This document shows, one piece after another, positions 61,785-64,000 of a DNA stretch of 64,000 nucleotides. The notes beneath the pieces were generated by a model that saw only the letters and a list, made by a program, of their open reading frames with translations, was not told the origin of the DNA and did no database searches. Made by a program: the position numbers and the translations under genes. The stretch comes from Neocallimastix sp. 'constans' (Eukaryota), in NCBI GenBank assembly GCA_050613775.1, contig JBODTK010000108.1, forward strand, positions 248,001-312,000, given 5' to 3'. Numbering within the stretch: position 1 is the stretch's first letter; each line of letters begins with the position of its first letter.

Positions 61785-63390
61785 CTTTTATAAATTCAAG
61801 TAGCACTAGCTTCTACAGTTTCAGTTACTTTATTTATTTTCCTTGACAGCTTTTAAAACATCATCGTAGAAGTCTTTGTTATCTGGAATGAAAACAACAA
61901 CGGATGATTTAATAATTTCATATGGACTACATTCTTTGTTTTTATAACCTGAATCGTTAGTATTCAGGTCAGCATAAATCCAATCAGTCATAACAATATT
62001 ATGGAAATGAATTTCTTTTCTTGAAATATTATTAATAATACCAGTATCTTCATTAACGTGCTTTCCATTAACTAAATTATAGGAGGACATAATAAGCTTT
62101 TGGATTGGCATTCTTAAATTGTCAATTTCATCTACCTTTAAATATATTTCTGTGAAGGCTCTTTCAAACATATTACTACTGTTAAATGTACCGTTAGTTT
62201 TCTTTATTATTGGCAACAAAATGCTTAACAGTAGTATATAGGCATTCTTATGACTTTGAACTCCCTTAATAACAGATGAACCAATGGTACTACTAATATA
62301 TGGGTCTTCAGAATAGTATTCAAAGTTTTCGCCATTTTAAGATTGTTCTGTGTTTATGTAACGCTTGAACAAGCCATAAATTAATTTTTTGAAAATGTTC
62401 ATTTTCAGAACCAATAATATCATCAATCTTTTGAGCAAATTCAACATCCCATGATTGAGCATAGGCATTGGCAATTGGAATGGCAATAGTGTATTGACGG
62501 TGGAAATTAACACCTTCTGGAATATTTGGGAATAAGAAACCAAGGGATCGCTTGGCATCATCTAGAATAATTTCAAAGGTGGAATCAGAAAATTTTCCTA
62601 TAAGTATCTTTGAGGAGCCCCATTTTTATCGATGAAATAATCTTTTTGTAATACTAATTATCTGCTGGACCATCAACCTAAAATTCACTATCCTTAAAAC
62701 TCTGAACTTGTAAAAAAATCTCCTGAGGAACCTGCAAATCTGCCTTGGTGTAACTACCAAATGGTTCTGGACTGTGAACACCGAGAAAAAAAATTTTCCT
62801 TTTTTCTTCAAACCATATTGATTTAATGGTTTCATCAATTTCATATGGAGAGAGTATCTTAATCAATAACTTCAGTCTAATTATACCTTTTAACATCAAG
62901 TTTGAATTTTTTTTTTTTAAATATCCTTTTAAGTTATCTCTCTTCTTTTTAATGGAAACTTATATTTTTGAATCTAAGGAATTTCCAATTTGATTTTTAA
63001 CCTTTTTAGCAGTAACCCTATATGGAACTTTAGTAGCGGCACATGGAACTTGTATTTCTAACTAGAATTGACAAGACGAAACAATGAAGGAACCAGTTTC
63101 TAATATGTAGGATTGACTCTTACTATCATAACTAGCAAAGTCTGATAACTTAAAATTCTAATTTAACATTATCCTTTCTTCCTAGTTTTAAGTTCTCTAG
63201 TCTTCTTAGTAAAATTAACATCAACAATTTCACATTAAATAATTAAAAAAGCAAACCTTTTTTTTTTTTTTTTTTTTTTTTTTCTGCCTGTAAAATCTCC
63301 AAATAATTTATTTAGTTAAAACTTCTACGACAAAATCTTCACCATTTCCAACTAACCTAAACCCAAGACCCTTGGATAAAAATTCTATAA
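61785..63390 (-). pseudogene. GH3 beta-glucosidase pseudogene, intronless, Fn3-like domain before the TIM-barrel domain
   Basis: In order, across frameshifts: FTKKTRELK and LSDFASYDSKSQSYILETGSF (Fn3-like); AGSSGD; DGPAD (cf. DGPAG); PIANAYAQSWDVEFAQKI; NFEYYSEDPYIS..GVQS; ERAFTEIYLK; IMSSYNLVNG; IVMTDW (nucleophile Asp codon 61983-61985). Multiple stops and frameshifts. Confidence 0.85.
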
Positions 63391-63786
63391 TAAAGTTCAA
63401 TTTAGATATAAACTTTTTATTCACTTTTTTATTATTATGATATGAAATATCATAATAAAATTAATATTTTTACGAATTTGTATTATAATTTCGTATCATA
63501 TATGATCATAATAAAACTAATATTATATGATTATATGAATTTTTATTATGATTTCATTATAAAAAATGTATCATTACATTTTAATACTATTTATTTTTAA
63601 GTATAATTTAAAAAAGGCACATTAAATATTTAAATATTATTATTAAAATATATTAAATTTGATATAAAAAAATATATATATACATATATATATAGTAATT
63701 CTAAATTTTTTTTTTTAAAAAAAAAATAATAATAATAATAATAATTATAATACTAATAATAATAAAATAAAATATAAAAAAAAAAA

Positions 63787-63828
<42 letters not shown>

Positions 63829-64000
63829 AATGGTGTTAATTGGCTTCAAGATATCCATCCGTCCGACCGACGAATAACCCTTCTGATTTTTTCAATATGA
63901 CTTAAAAAAAAAAACTAAACAGTTAACTTCAAACTGTATATAGATATACATTAAAACACACTATTAAAAAATTCATTATAATTTATTTATTTATTTATTT

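Noticed and set aside
63827..63900. GC-richer patch CCATCCGTCCGACCGACGAATAACCC
   Set aside because: No tRNA cloverleaf, ORF or second copy is visible, and it is too near the window edge to interpret.

Overview
Extremely AT-rich eukaryotic DNA with short GT-AG introns, long poly-A/T tracts and (AAT)n/(TAAAA)n microsatellites. Composition and gene content suggest an anaerobic gut fungus (Neocallimastigomycota; inference). Most short ORFs in the supplied track are low-complexity artefacts. Hand-spliced, frame-consistent genes are: the first exon of a RING-CH-like protein; an Iec1-like C2H2 zinc-finger gene that needs a 7-nt microexon; POT1 (12 exons); a tau-tubulin kinase; an LRR receptor-like protein with seven consecutive 72-nt one-repeat exons; a single-exon secreted Cys-rich orphan; a BCAS3-like WD40 protein (11 exons); and a DnaJ/TMEM185-like membrane protein. 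Decayed sequences are: a MULE transposon with a 9-bp target-site duplication; two solo MULE-like termini; an intronless, domain-inverted bacterial-type GH3 beta-glucosidase pseudogene; an ankyrin fragment; and 28S rRNA-like fragments. A ~35-bp core embedded in (TAAAA)n arrays occurs nine times at four loci. Family assignments come from motif recognition, not database searches.
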